NCBI RefSeq assembly: GCF_028641065.1
Contig: NC_073393.1
Coordinates: forward strand, 31,496,001-31,560,000
Reading direction: 5' to 3'
DNA: 64,000 nucleotides
Source of the DNA: Leucoraja erinacea
Taxonomy: Eukaryota
Shown here in pieces: positions 1-11,374 of this stretch. Both the position numbers and the translations under genes were made by a program. Position 1 is the stretch's first letter, and each line of letters opens with the position of its first letter. Below the pieces are notes generated by a model. It was not told where the DNA came from and made no database searches. It was given only the letters and a program-made list of their open reading frames with translations.

Positions 1-177
1 TAATCGACAATAGTCATAGAATATAATAGGCAGCTAACGTCTTTTAGCAGCTCTTGGTGTGCGTTACACTCTCAGATTAACTCTGTGATCAGTAATACAA
101 CAATTTCCATTTATATTTGGACCTTTAGCTTTGTTTTCAATATGTTCCCACAGGAATGTTGTCAAGTAGCTGGAATA

Positions 178-370
178 CATAGAAATGCCTTCACTCAGAG
201 GGTGGTGAATCTCTGGAATTCTCAGCCTTGGATCGCTGTGGAGGTTAGCTTATTAGAAGAATTTAAAGTGGAGGGGGATAATTTTTTGAAAGATTGAGGG
301 CTATGAGGAACATTGAGGCCTGAGGGTAGGTCATCCATGATTGTAGTGAATGGTGAGGAAGGCTGGAGGG
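178..370 (+). mobile_element. Old CR1 LINE 3' end fragment
   Basis: Encodes the CR1 ORF2 C-terminal motif FTQRVVNLWNS, followed by a degraded CR1 3'UTR (CCATGATTGTAGTGAATGG). Confidence 0.8.
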
Positions 371-800
371 GAGGGGGTGGCTGGTAGGGGGTGGGGGTGT
401 AGTGAGTGAGGAGGGAGCACAGAAAGCCAGCTCCGTCTCCTATTTTATTGTGTTCTTGCGTATTCTGTTCAAATTTGGCTGCCAAACAGCGGTAAGAGCT
501 TATGGAAGGTGCCGATGAAATGAAGGCAGCAGAAAGTGGCATTATTCTCCTTTGAAAATAGAATGTGAAAAGGAGATTTGTTAAAGTTGTGCAACACAGT
601 GACCAGTTGTGACAATATTTATTAAGAATGGCAGTATCCAGAGTTTCAAGGGGACAGCCATTAGTTCTAACAATGACTGGAGGGTTGTTTTGATCTTGGG
701 TGCATTGCCTGTAACAGTGGTGGGGACAAAAAAGCAAGTGATTGAAGGGAGGGAAAAATACAGGGCCCTTGGAACAAAACAGGTGGATGGGACCGGGATG

Positions 801-927
801 GAGTCTGAAAAAGGGACCCAACCTGAAATGTCATCTATCCATGTTTTCCGGACCATTGAGTTCCTCCAGCACTTTGCATGGTTTTGTTTGGCATTTTGAA
901 CTGGCATCTGCAGTTCCTTCCTTTGAC
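801..927 (+). mobile_element. Penelope-like pLTR remnant (degenerate hammerhead motif)
   Basis: GTCTGAAAAAGGGACCCAACCTGAAATGTCA ... GAGTTCCTCCAGCACTTTG ... GCATCTGCAGTTCCTT; same family as 17903-18037. Confidence 0.7.
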
Positions 928-1462
928 AGGTGAATGGGACTGTATGGATACCTCTGTCTGATACTTTGTGCCAAAAGATCACCTTCATTGCTCAATGATT
1001 CCAATGAAAGTTTGTGTTTTAATAAAATATTTCATTAGTATTCCTGTATTTTGTAGACAAGAGAGTCTGGCTCAAAATTAAAATAGGCTTTCTTCCTATG
1101 TGAATGTATTCTCCTGAATAAGATGTGCTGATGAAACCATTACTTCTGTGGAGTTGTGTCCAATAAACTCACAATGAGTTGACCAAAGCTCCTCGTCTTT
1201 CTCCGTGCAATTGTTTTTGTCTTTTCAAGATATCTCCTGTTAACTAGGTCTCTTCTCTGTTCCTCAACACTCTGCCTAAGTTAATGGAACCTGGTGTGAG
1301 CTGGCATGCTCATTGGAATAGTTCAGCCCAGAGTAACAAAGATGCGGATGAAGAATTCTGCAATTGATGAACAAAAATGGGACCATAAATGTAAATGTTA
1401 TGGAGATGGAAAAAAGCATTAATGATGATGGAGCAAATTTCTTGTCAGAAACACCCCTCACC

Positions 1463-1768
1463 GTTTAGTTTAATTGAGAGATAGAGCACGGAAACAGGCC
1501 CTTCGGCCCACCGAGTCTGCGTTGTCAAATGATCACCACATATATTAACACTATCCTACACACACACAAGGGACAATTTACATTCATGCAAACCTGTACA
1601 TCTTTGGAATGTGGGAGGAAACTGAAGATCTCGGAGAAAACCCACGCTGTCATGGGGAGAACGTACAAACTCCGTACAGACAGCACCCATAGTTGGGATC
1701 AAACCTGGGTCTCTGCTGCTGAAAGCGCTGCAAGGGAACAACCCTACCGCTACACCACTGTGCCGCCC
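1463..1768 (-). mobile_element. tRNA-derived V-SINE (HE1-like), full length
   Basis: On the minus strand: tRNA-like head with A/B boxes, V-domain GGGTTTTCTCC...TTTCCTCCCACA, CR1-like tail GGGCCGAAGGGCCTGTTTCC and (TAAAC)n end. Confidence 0.9.
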
Positions 1769-2587
1769 TATGTAGGATGTTATTATTTTTTGTTGCCTGT
1801 GCTAGTCCTGGGCTATTAGTAGGGAGGGGCATGGAAATCGATTAGTGAGTATGCAAAACAGCTCTTTTCCGGGTGTCACATTTTCTGCACATGGCGAGTT
1901 AGTTAACTTTAATTTACTCACTATTACTCCGTGATCAGCATAGGAAAATATGGCGCTGAAAGAGTTAAATTAAAATCTCAGTTCTAATGTTTTATTAAGC
2001 AAGGATGATTGTTTGTAGAGCTCTTGCCTCCATCTTGGGATCAGTCTCTCAGCAAATAATGTAAACAAGGGAAAGATCTCGGCAGTCAAACTGTTAGCGA
2101 TGTTTTTCTCTAAGTGCAGGAAGGTCTTCATAAGCCACCTCAATCCCTGCTCTTCCCTGTATGAATTGATAGTCAAGTTACAGAGAATAAAGGCTTGTGG
2201 GGAAGGGGGGGGGGATAATGGTGCACTTAAAAGGAAATATATTAAAATAATTTCAAAGTGCTTCTTAAGGTGATGCCAAATTATTTTATAATTTGATGTC
2301 AGTCCAGTGAACCGTTAGCTTTAACAGTAATTGAATGTCTTCCATTGTCAAATGCATTTTGAAATTAGAGGAATTAAATTAGGTTTCAATTGAAATATTT
2401 CACAATTAAACCAACATCAGTTATTTTTGTCACCACAAAGTTCTGGGTGCTTATTTTCTCTGCACCTCTGCATAGAGAACTGGGTTTCAAAGCACTTTAT
2501 TCCACTTATTATCCTTTGTTTTTAGACTTGATACTTGATACGCCCTCTTTAGTTCAGTCTTGTCTAAACTGGGATTATTGATCTTTC

Positions 2588-2767
2588 TTAAGAGGGAGTT
2601 AGATGTGGCCCTTGTGGCTAAGGGGATCAGAGGGTATGGAGAGAAGGCAGGTACAGGATACTGAGTTGGATGATCAGCCATGATCATATTGAATGGTGGT
2701 GCAGGCTCGAAGGGCCGAATGGCCTACTCCTGCACCTAATTTCTATGTTTCTATGTTTCTATGTTTC
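2588..2767 (+). mobile_element. Young 5'-truncated CR1 LINE 3' end
   Basis: Nearly identical to the reverse complement of 61893-62066; ends in a (TTTCTATG)n tail. Confidence 0.92.
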
Positions 2768-2859
2768 ACCTTTGACGTGAATGTATCACAGTTTGTACAA
2801 TACGTGAATAGCTTGGAGATTTTTGAGTCAATTGGTCTGGATATGAAACAATGAACTGA

Positions 2860-3100
2860 AGAAATCAGAGTAGGAGTAGACTAATCAGTCCCACAAACAT
2901 AATCCTTGCATTCATAAGATTGTGGCTAACACAATCTTGGATTCAAGACTACTTTTTTCACCCTCCACATATCTCTTGACTCCCTTGTAGTTAAATGTTT
3001 ATTAATAGTTACCGTTAATATACAGCATTCTATTACTCCATCTCACTGATATCTGAGGTGAAGAATTCCAAAGACTCACAACCCTTTAGAGAGGAAATAT
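2860..3100 (-). mobile_element. Old CR1 3' fragment
   Basis: Degraded reverse-complement CR1 3'UTR and ORF2 end (GAATTCCAAAGACTCACAACCCT). Confidence 0.55.
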
Positions 3101-3109
3101 AGGTCATAG

Positions 3110-3278
3110 CTGAGGTTAGTGTTGTCTGGTGTTCAAGAACATGATGGGAGTTGGGAAGGAACTATTCTTGCACCTGTTGATCATGATGTTCAGATTCTAT
3201 CCCTTCTTCCTGACAGTGGGAGTGAAGTGAGAACCAGGGAGGTGTGGTCCTTGTCGATGCTGGCTGCCTTTTTGAGCC
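3110..3278 (-). mobile_element. Old Rex1/Babar-type 3' fragment
   Basis: Similar to the C-terminal LLPSG..YRS region of other Rex1 copies (cf. 42880-43070). Confidence 0.55.
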
Positions 3279-4305
3279 AGAATCGATCCTATAAATCTCT
3301 TCAATGTCAGGGACGCCACTATTTTGGTGAGAGGATATTAAGCCTTCCAGCTCGATGCGGAACACATCTGTTGCCAAGCAGAGAAATGACACCATTCCCA
3401 ATCCAAAACGTTTTACACCTTTGATACCTGGCCAGGAATTCGATATGGCTTGTGGAAGTTTGGTGGAAGTTGTCGAAAACAGCCATTTATATTTTTCTGC
3501 TGGTGGTTCTGCAGTGGCAGACTGGTAACATCCCCATGGAATTTCAGGGTCAATACAATAAATCAAAAATTAAAACAAAAACGTTAAAATAAATTATACA
3601 TGGATGATTGTGTCTTCTGTTTGCTATATCCGTCCTAACATCTTATTTGCGTTTTTTTTATTATGTTCGCAAACACTTGCCTTTTATTCCTGCAAATTAC
3701 AAGTTTCCTTTTGTACTAATAATGATTTTTCTTTTGTTTCTTTTTTTTTTTCAAATACGTCCAAAATTGTGGAGACTGTGCATTTGTGGTTGTGCAAAAT
3801 ACTTTCAGCGTGCTGTGCATTTGTGACAATAAAGAGCCATTGAACCATTGTATTATTGAGTTTTAGCTTTGATAATATACTTGAGGGCCCTTTTGTTATC
3901 TGCCCTCAGATAAAGACAGAGAAAACTGGACCCATAAATAACATGGTTGCCCATGCAAAGCAGCTTTGAAGTATTATTATCACAGTATTGCCTTAAAAAT
4001 AAGTTGAGAGAGAGAACTCGCACTCGCCTTCCTAATTATAACTGCTGAAACTTTAATCTAACTTTACCAATTCAAATGTAGCTGCCAAGGCTCACATTTA
4101 CCTCCACCGTCCGTCTCCAGAGAGCCTCTCGACCTTCTCCTTGAACTCTGTAGTGAGAGGAGATGACTTCTGGAAAAGATAATAGTACAAGGGGTTGAAA
4201 ACTGATGTCCTTGAGAAATGCAAAGTAGTGCTGCACTTCAACAAAGCTTTTATACAAACACACTATGCAGAGTAATTTCTACTCTATCTCATTCCACTAC
4301 ATCTT

Positions 4306-4678
4306 GAAACATATAAGATTGTTAAGGGTTTGGATATGCTAGAGGCAGGAAACATGTTCCCGATGTTGGGGGAGTCCAGAACCAGGGGCCACAATTTAAG
4401 AATAAGGAGTAAGCCATTTAGAACGGAGACGAGGAAACAAATTTTCTCACAGAGAGTGGTGAGTCCGTGGAATTCTCTGCCTCAGAGGGCGGTAGAGGCA
4501 GGTTCTCTGGATGCTTTCAAGAGAGCTAGATAGGACTTTTAAAAATAGCGGAGTCAGGGGATATGGGGAGAAGGCAGGAAGGGGTACTGATTGGGGGTGA
4601 TCAGCCATGATCACATTGAATGGCGGTGTTGGTTCGAAGAGCCGAATGGCCTACTCCTGCACCTATTGTCTATTGTCT
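4306..4678 (+). mobile_element. CR1 LINE 3' end
   Basis: ORF2 C-terminus SRTRGHNLRI...FSQRVVSPWNSLPQ, CR1 3'UTR, (CTATTGT)n tail. Confidence 0.92.
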
Positions 4679-5223
4679 CCTAACTTATTTTTCAGGAGTA
4701 ATATATTTCACTCCTGACTGTGTAAATGGTAATTTAAAAAAAGCTAAACTGATTCTCAGGGTATGAATGCACATAAAAAATAAGGATTGGTGAATCAACA
4801 CTGGTTTAATGGTCCTCTCTGCCATAAATGGGATCATTGAATTTACTCTCCAATTTAACAGATACTAATTCTTCCCATATCTTATCTGGAAAACTGGCCT
4901 TTTTCCCCTTCATCTTTCTCATGTTATCCCTTCTGCAACTCACTTTACATTCGACCAGCCATACTTCCACCAGTTTATTGGATTAATTGGCGCTTCACTT
5001 CAATGGAACTAAAGATATGATTCATAAATTTTAATAATTTGAGATGCTCAAAGAAAAATTTAATGTAGTCCGATGGGATTTGAAATACATTTGTGCTCTT
5101 ATATGAGTTTTTGAATGAGATATTGAATATGAGGAGACTATTTTGTTAAGCATATTGTACAATATTGCAGGTAACATAGGCATTCAAAGCCTGATTTGTT
5201 TAGAGTATTTAAGTATTAAATTT

Positions 5224-5525
5224 GCACACTGGTGCAGCGGTAGAGTTGCTGCCTTACAGCACCAGACACCCGGGTTTGATCCTGACTACGGGTGCTACCG
5301 CCCTGAGTTTGCACGTTCTCCCAGTGACCGCGTGCGTTTTCTCCTGGTGCTCCAGTTTCCTCCCACATTCCAAAGACGTATAGGTTTGTTGGATAAATGG
5401 CTTTAGTAAAAAAATTAAAATTGTTTCTAGTTTGTAGGATAGTGTTAGTGAATGGGAGATCACTGGTCGGCACAGACTAGGCAGGCCAAAGGGCCTATTT
5501 CCATGCTGTTTCTCTAAACTAAACT
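5224..5525 (+). mobile_element. V-SINE (HE1-like)
   Basis: Head GGTGCAGCGGTAGAG...GGGTTTGATCCTGAC, V-domain, CR1-like tail, (TAAAC)n. Confidence 0.9.
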
Positions 5526-6505
5526 GAGCAAAAGTATTTACCAATGTATGTTATGTACTGCAAGTGAAAATTCTGTGTAGAAGTGAACAGTGTACCAAAA
5601 TGCTATTAAGTAAACTTCAACAGAGACACAAGAAAGATATTTAGTAGAATTATTAGAGTTGAGTGTGATTGCGGAATACTAAGACATGATTCCAAGGGAA
5701 GTGAAAACATCTCTGTTTAGGGAGCCCCTGCTATTGCCTCTTGTTAAATTTGTTACTGGTGTCCTGGAGTGTTCAACCTCATTATAACTTTGAAGTATTC
5801 AGCCTGTGCGTGATCCTCCTGAGAAGTTAGCAGAACTCCTACTGCCCGATTCCAGACCTTGTTAATGTAATTTGCCAAAGATTAGCAGACCTTCGTTCTG
5901 CCGGAATTCCTCCAGAAATATAATTACATTCTTTGATCTGTTTGAGGTGGAATTGTACTGGATGGTTAAATGTTTGTAGTTGAAAATGTTAGAATGCTGC
6001 AATTAAATCGTTTTCGTTGCGATAACATGTTTTATGTGGATTCTTAACTCTAATTTGTATAAAACAAAAACATCAGAAATCATTATAAAAGAAACATTCG
6101 CCAACTTTGGTGTTAAGTAGAAAAAAAGAAGTATTTTTCTCCCAAGTATCACGATATAAAGTGAATGTTTGACCAAAACATTCAGTCTGGCTGGCCATTT
6201 GCAAAGCAATCACACATGTAAAGTTTTATATTGTTTGGAATCTTTGCTTCTTGAGTCAGAGTGATGATTATAAAAGAAGCACAAGTGATATGCATCAATA
6301 AAAAGCAAAATAAAAATGCAGCATTCATAATTTAATGGCCTTAATAAACTCAACTGTAGCTATCTATATAGAAGCACAGTAGGGTATAACTTGGCTCTAC
6401 TTGCTGTTAAAATGGTTCTGTATGTACTGTGACACATTCAACTATTGCCCTGTTAACCCATCTGATGCAATTTGCACAACAAATGTCTAGCCACAGGTTA
6501 CCTAC

Positions 6506-6830
6506 AGTTTAGTTTAGAGATACAGCAAGCAAACAGGCTCTTCGGCCTACCGAATCTGCACCAACTGTACACTAGCCGTATCCTACACACTGGGTACAAT
6601 TAAACATGTTACCGAAACCAATTAAGCTACAAATCTGTACAATTTTACCAAAGCCAATTAACATAAGCCTGTATATCTTTAGAGTGCGGATGGAAACTGG
6701 AGCTCCTGGGGAAAACTCATGTCACAGGGAGAATGTGCAAACTCCATACAGACAGCATGCATAGTCAGGATATAACCCTGGGTTTGTGGCGTTGTAAGGC
6801 AGTAACTCTACCGCTACGCCACTGTACTGT
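6506..6830 (-). mobile_element. V-SINE (HE1-like), with small internal duplication
   Basis: Same tripartite structure on the minus strand; the ACAATT...CCAATTAA block occurs twice (about 6596-6665). Confidence 0.85.
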
Positions 6831-7208
6831 TCCTCTATGCTTTCTCCATTGATTACTTTAACCTGTTGTTAGATCTTTGAAGTGGATTAAATCTTTTTGT
6901 ACAGGTGATGTCTGAAAAGGTTCCTCTGCATAGTTGTGTGCTTTTCAGATTAAAATTATATTCAGTAATACTACAATTGTTAAATATATTGATAATATTA
7001 AAAAATAATAATCTTTAAATTTTGCACTATTACATTAAGTATTATATTTAATTTAAATCATGTCAAATTGATCTTGAAAGTAATATTCAACTTTTAACTC
7101 AATGTGATGTCTCAACTTTTAACTCAATGTGATGTAGGATCTCTCTTTTCATTGTTGAAACATAAGGAAATGTCACAATTTTTTAACACCAGCAGCTTTA
7201 AGATAAAT

Positions 7209-7505
7209 GCGGTAGAGTTGCTGCCTTACAACACCAGAGACCCGGGTTCGATCCTGACTAGGGGTGCTGACTGTACGGAGTTTGTACTTTCTCCCTGTAA
7301 CGGCAGGGGTTTTCTCCAGGAGCTCCAATTTCCTCCATGTTCCAAAGGCGTGCAGGTTTGTTGGTTAATTGGCTTTGATTAAAATTGTAAATTCTCCTTA
7401 GTGTGTAGGATAGTGCTAGTGTATGGGGATTGCTGGTCAGCATGAACCCGGTGGGCCGAAGGGTCTGTTTTCAAGCTGTATCTCTGAACTAAACTAAACT
7501 AAACT
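7209..7505 (+). mobile_element. V-SINE (HE1-like)
   Basis: GCGGTAGAGTTGCTGCCTTACAAC...GGGTTCGATCCTGAC, V-domain, (AAACT)n tail. Confidence 0.9.
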
Positions 7506-8256
7506 GTTAATTAATTTCCAGTAGATATTTGCTTCAAGGTAAATATTTGCCAACACACCAGGAGAAAGTGAACCACCTACTATCCTCATCTCCAATCCAT
7601 AGACCAATGCTCCAGAGATTAAATTATGACCTCAGCCATGCAGACTGACTAACTTTCTTTTCAGACTGCAAGGACAATTGAGCCTGCTTGTGACATTTAC
7701 ACTATTGATAAAATCAACTTCCCATTCACTGACTAGGATTTAAATCCAGGATTCAAATGTAGGGATCATGAAACAGGAATTTAAAAATGAATCTTGCAAT
7801 TGTTCATCTGTTCTGAGAAAGAAACATATAACATTTCACCAGAATCTTACCAACTAGTGAGACTTCCTGCTCTACATGGGACTACTGTACGCTGTGGTTA
7901 GTAGCTTAGGCAGTGATGTTGGTATTACTTTCACCTTGATCAAAAAGCATAGACATTTTCACTGCTCATTTATAAATCTGACATTTCTCTATATTTTTGA
8001 AACTGAGTGAAGGCTGACAAGTACAACAATTTTGGCCCGATTTTTAACTTTTCCATTTCAGTTTCTTATCAGTTAGATCAGTGCAAGAGCCTGTTCTGTA
8101 TGGAGAAATCTTTCCTTAAAATTGGGGTGATCGAATTTCAGTTTCTTAAATCAGACAGGAAGATTTAGTATGGTGGTAAACTGAGCAGTTGATTTATGTT
8201 CATTCAGCTCAAATAAATCAACAAAATACAGAGCTCAGCATGAATGACAAAAGTCA

Positions 8257-8560
8257 GTGGCAGAATGGCGCAGTGGTAGAGTTGGTGCCTCACAGCGCCA
8301 GAGACCTGGGTTCGATCCTGACTACGGGTGCTGTCTGTATGGAGTTTGTACGTTCTCCCTGTGACCGTGTGGGTTTTCTCTGGTTTCCTTCCACACTACA
8401 AAGATCTACAGGCTTGTAAGGTAATCAGTTTGGTAAAATTGTAAAGTGTCCCTGGTATGTGGGAGAGTTCTAGTGTATGGTGTGATTGCTGGTCGGAACA
8501 GACTCGGTGAGCTGAAGGGCCTGTTTCAATGTTGTACCTCTAAACTAAAACTAAACTAAA
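8257..8560 (+). mobile_element. V-SINE (HE1-like)
   Basis: TGGCGCAGTGG (A box), GGTTCGATCC (B box), V-domain, tail. Confidence 0.9.
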
Positions 8561-8689
8561 GTATTAATTAGAACTCATTCTCAACCCAGGTTTGTGAAAC
8601 AAATTTCATAATCCCCCTATGGTAATGAAACTGGTTTAAGAAATATAAACTAAAAATAGAAATATAGGTACTTACAAGAGCTCAGGTAA

Positions 8690-8900
8690 ATAAGAGCAAG
8701 GGTCGGCCACTCAGCCCACCAAGTCTGCCTTACCATTCAATATAATCATGGGTTATCTGTCCCAGGACTCAACATCTTGTGCCAGTCTCCCATAGCCCTA
8801 AAATTCCTTGATCTTTCATAAATGTATCTACCTCTTTAAATAGCTCCAATAATTTATTCATCACAACCCTATGCGATAGAGCACACCAGGATTTCACCAC
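8690..8900 (-). mobile_element. Old CR1 3' fragment
   Basis: GGCCACTCAGCCC...CCATTCAATATAATCATGG is the reverse complement of the CR1 3'UTR. Confidence 0.6.
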
Positions 8901-8955
8901 CATTCATTAATGGCATGGCACGGCACAGTGGTGTAGCGGTAGAGCTACTGCCTAA

Positions 8956-9161
8956 TGCCCCTGTCCCACTTAGGAAACCTGAACGCAAACCTCTGGTGAC
9001 TTTGCATCCCACCCAAGGTTTCCGTGCGGTTCCCGGAGGTTTTTGTCAGTCTCTCTACCTGCTTCCACTACCTGCAACCTCCGGGAACCGCACGGAAACC
9101 TTGGGTGGGGCGCAAAGTCTCCAGAGGTTTCCGTATAGGTTTCCTAAGTGGGACAGGGGCA
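8956..9161. mobile_element. PIF/Harbinger-like MITE, nearly fully palindromic
   Basis: TIRs TGCCCCTGTCCCACTTAGGAAACCT / AGGTTTCCTAAGTGGGACAGGGGCA; flanks TAA and TTA; second copy at 53619-53845. Confidence 0.85.
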
Positions 9162-9194
9162 TTACAGCGTCAGAGACCCGGGTTCAATCCTGAC

Positions 9195-9900
9195 CTGGCC
9201 CTTAACTCCAAGAAGACCAAGGAGCTCATTGTAGACTTCAGGAAGTCCAGAGGCGGCACGCGCACCCCCATCCAAATTAACGGGACGGAGGAGGAACGTG
9301 TCGCTAGCTTCAGGGTCCTGGGAGTCAACATCACCGATGACCTCTCTTCGACCCACAATACCTCTACTCTGATCAAAAGGCTCATCAGCGTCTCTTCTTC
9401 CTGAGGAGACTGAAGAAGGTCCATCTGTCTCCTCAGATCCTGGTGAACTTCTACCGCTGCTGCACCATCGAGAGCATCCTTACCAACTGCATCACAGTAT
9501 GGTATGGCAACTGCTCTGTCTCCGACCGGAAGGCATTGCAGAGGGTGGTGAAAATAGCCCAACGCATCACCGGTTCCTCGCTCCCCGCCATTCAGTCTGT
9601 CCAAAGCAAGCGCGGGATGCGGAGGGCGCTCAGCATCGCCAAGGGCTGCTCCGACCCCAACCATGGACTGTTTCCCCTCCTACCATCCGGGAGGCGCTAC
9701 AGGTCTCTCCGTTGCCGAACCAGCAGGTCGAGGAACAGCTTCTTTCCGGCGGCTGTCACTCTACTCAACAACGTACCTCGGTGACTGCCAATCACCACCC
9801 CCCCCCCCTTGTTATTATTTATTCAAACTTATTTTTTTTTTAAATTCAAATCGTTTGCTATGTCGCTCTTCAAAATTAAAATTGAATCTGAATCTGAATC
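9195..9900 (+). mobile_element. 5'-truncated Rex1/Babar LINE
   Basis: [16 protein letters not shown]...FYRC.IESILTNCITVWYG...LLPSGRRYRS...NSFFP; ends in a (GAATCT)n tail. Confidence 0.9.
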
Positions 9901-10161
9901 TACGTGTGCTTGTCTGGACGGAGTTTGTACGTTCTCCCCAAGACCAGTGCAGGTTTTCTCCGAGATCTTCGGTTTCCTCCCACACTCCAAAGACGTACGT
10001 GTTTGGAGGTTAATTGGCTTGGTAAATGTAAAATTGATCCTAGTGTGTGAAGGGTAGTGTTAATGCACGGGGATCGCTGGTCGGTGCGGACTCGATGTGC
10101 CAAGGGACCTGTTTCTGCGCTGTTTCTCTACACTAAACTAAACTAAACTCAGTTGTTCTTT

Positions 10162-10813
10162 TGTCACAGCTGGGTTGAATGAACTGATATTGGATTGGCC
10201 ACCTGAACCTTGTCAGCCTTCTCCTTCTCTGGGGTACCTCCCTGCTAGCTGTGTACCACTGTCACAGGTTCAAGGAAGTCTGAGCCACTGGAACAAACCT
10301 GAGACCACCAGCGCCACTGTGTGGTCAACACTGAGCTGCCAGGTAGTAGCCCCAGACAGCCAACCTCCCTACTGATGCTAAGACTTGAGTGGCTGGGGCA
10401 AACCTGAGATGCCAGGGCCTCTTCCTGCCTATGGACAACCAGGGACTGTCCCCACTTAGAGGCAAACACTGAGCAGCCAGGATAAGCGAGAGACCTCCAG
10501 ATTTGACTCTTTCAGTCCAAAGCTGAGCTGCCAGAATAAACCTTGGACCACCAACGTCTACTCTCAGGACAAAGGGAAACTGCAGGGAGAAGCTGGAGAT
10601 CGTCACATCTCCGCCTTCAGAGAACAGGACTGAGCTGCCGGGACAACCCTGAGATCCTCAGCATCAACTCCTATGCACCCTGACGATGAGGGACAGCGCC
10701 CCCAAGTGGCCCTGGATTTCTTGTCACTGTAAATAAAACATGTCACCTGAGTTCACCCTACTGCGAGTGTCGGTGTGGTCACTGCCGAACCCGGCATCTT
10801 CCCCGATGCCACG
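10162..10813 (+). mobile_element. Probable solo LTR with internal ~54-bp degenerate tandem repeat
   Basis: Starts TGTCAC, has about 7 units of CTGAGCTGCCAGG..AAACCTGAGACC and AATAAA at about 10732; 3' CA end and TSD not clear. Confidence 0.4.
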
Positions 10814-10881
10814 AGGGGTTTCTATTATACTCTCTTAAATTGAGATGAATGTACTGACTTTACTGTAACATGCAAAACTTT

Positions 10882-11010
10882 TAGAGACGCAGGAAACAGC
10901 AGATGCTGGAATCTTGAGCTAGAAGCAAAACCGTAAGAGGAACTCAGTGGGTCAGGCAGCTTTTGTGCTGGGGAACTGATAGATAACGTTTCGAAACTGA
11001 ACCCTCTTTT
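10882..11010 (-). mobile_element. Penelope-like pLTR remnant
   Basis: GCAGATGCTGGAATC...GGAACTCAGTGGGTCAGGCAGC...ACGTTTCG. Confidence 0.7.
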
Positions 11011-11049
11011 AGCAAATCTTTACATATTTTTACGGGGTAGTTGCAGGTA

Positions 11050-11325
11050 TAATGTTTTTTTACTTAGCTGGGGTATTTAAACTTGGAGATATATTTTGTA
11101 ATGAAGGATTCAGCCATTCAGGCCTTCCCAAAATATTGCTTCATCCAGAGTGCAGTGAGACCGCAATTTTCTATGGAAGACTGCAGGGTTTGATAGATTT
11201 TTAGATATTAAGTGAATCAAAGGAGAGTGGGTTAGCATTGGGTTAAAAGATCAGACACTTTCTCTGTGATTGGTGAATGAGGCCTTTGGGTCGCATAGCC
11301 TACTCCTGCTTTCATTATTTATGTT
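11050..11325 (+). mobile_element. Old CR1 3' fragment
   Basis: Degraded ORF2 end and 3'UTR ending GCCTACTCCTGCT. Confidence 0.55.
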
Positions 11326-11374
11326 ACTCAGTTCTGTGCACCAGATATTTTGTACGAACACACCAACACAAGAA

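Larger units (their letters stand above)
8917..10149 (+). mobile_element. V-SINE split by two insertions (MITE 8956-9161 and Rex1 9195-9900)
   Basis: SINE pieces 8917-8955, 9162-9194 and 9901-10149 are collinear with intact copies. Confidence 0.85.

Noticed and set aside
222-821. 199-aa minus-strand ORF
   Set aside because: Spans Penelope, unique and CR1 sequence; low-complexity, no recognisable domain.
3162-3566. 134-aa minus-strand ORF
   Set aside because: Non-ATG start, runs into a Rex1 remnant, no recognisable homology.
7088-7136. Short tandem micro-duplications (also 23152-23190, 54443-54487, 59620-59647)
   Set aside because: Ordinary slippage or repair duplications with no sign of function.
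8257-8330. tRNA-like sequences with A and B boxes (also in the other SINE heads)
   Set aside because: They continue into the V-domain and LINE-like tail, so they are SINE heads, not tRNA genes.
10280-10662. Repeat-spacer-like pattern resembling a CRISPR array
   Set aside because: Repeats are highly degenerate, the context is vertebrate DNA with no cas genes, and a diverged ~54-bp tandem repeat explains it.
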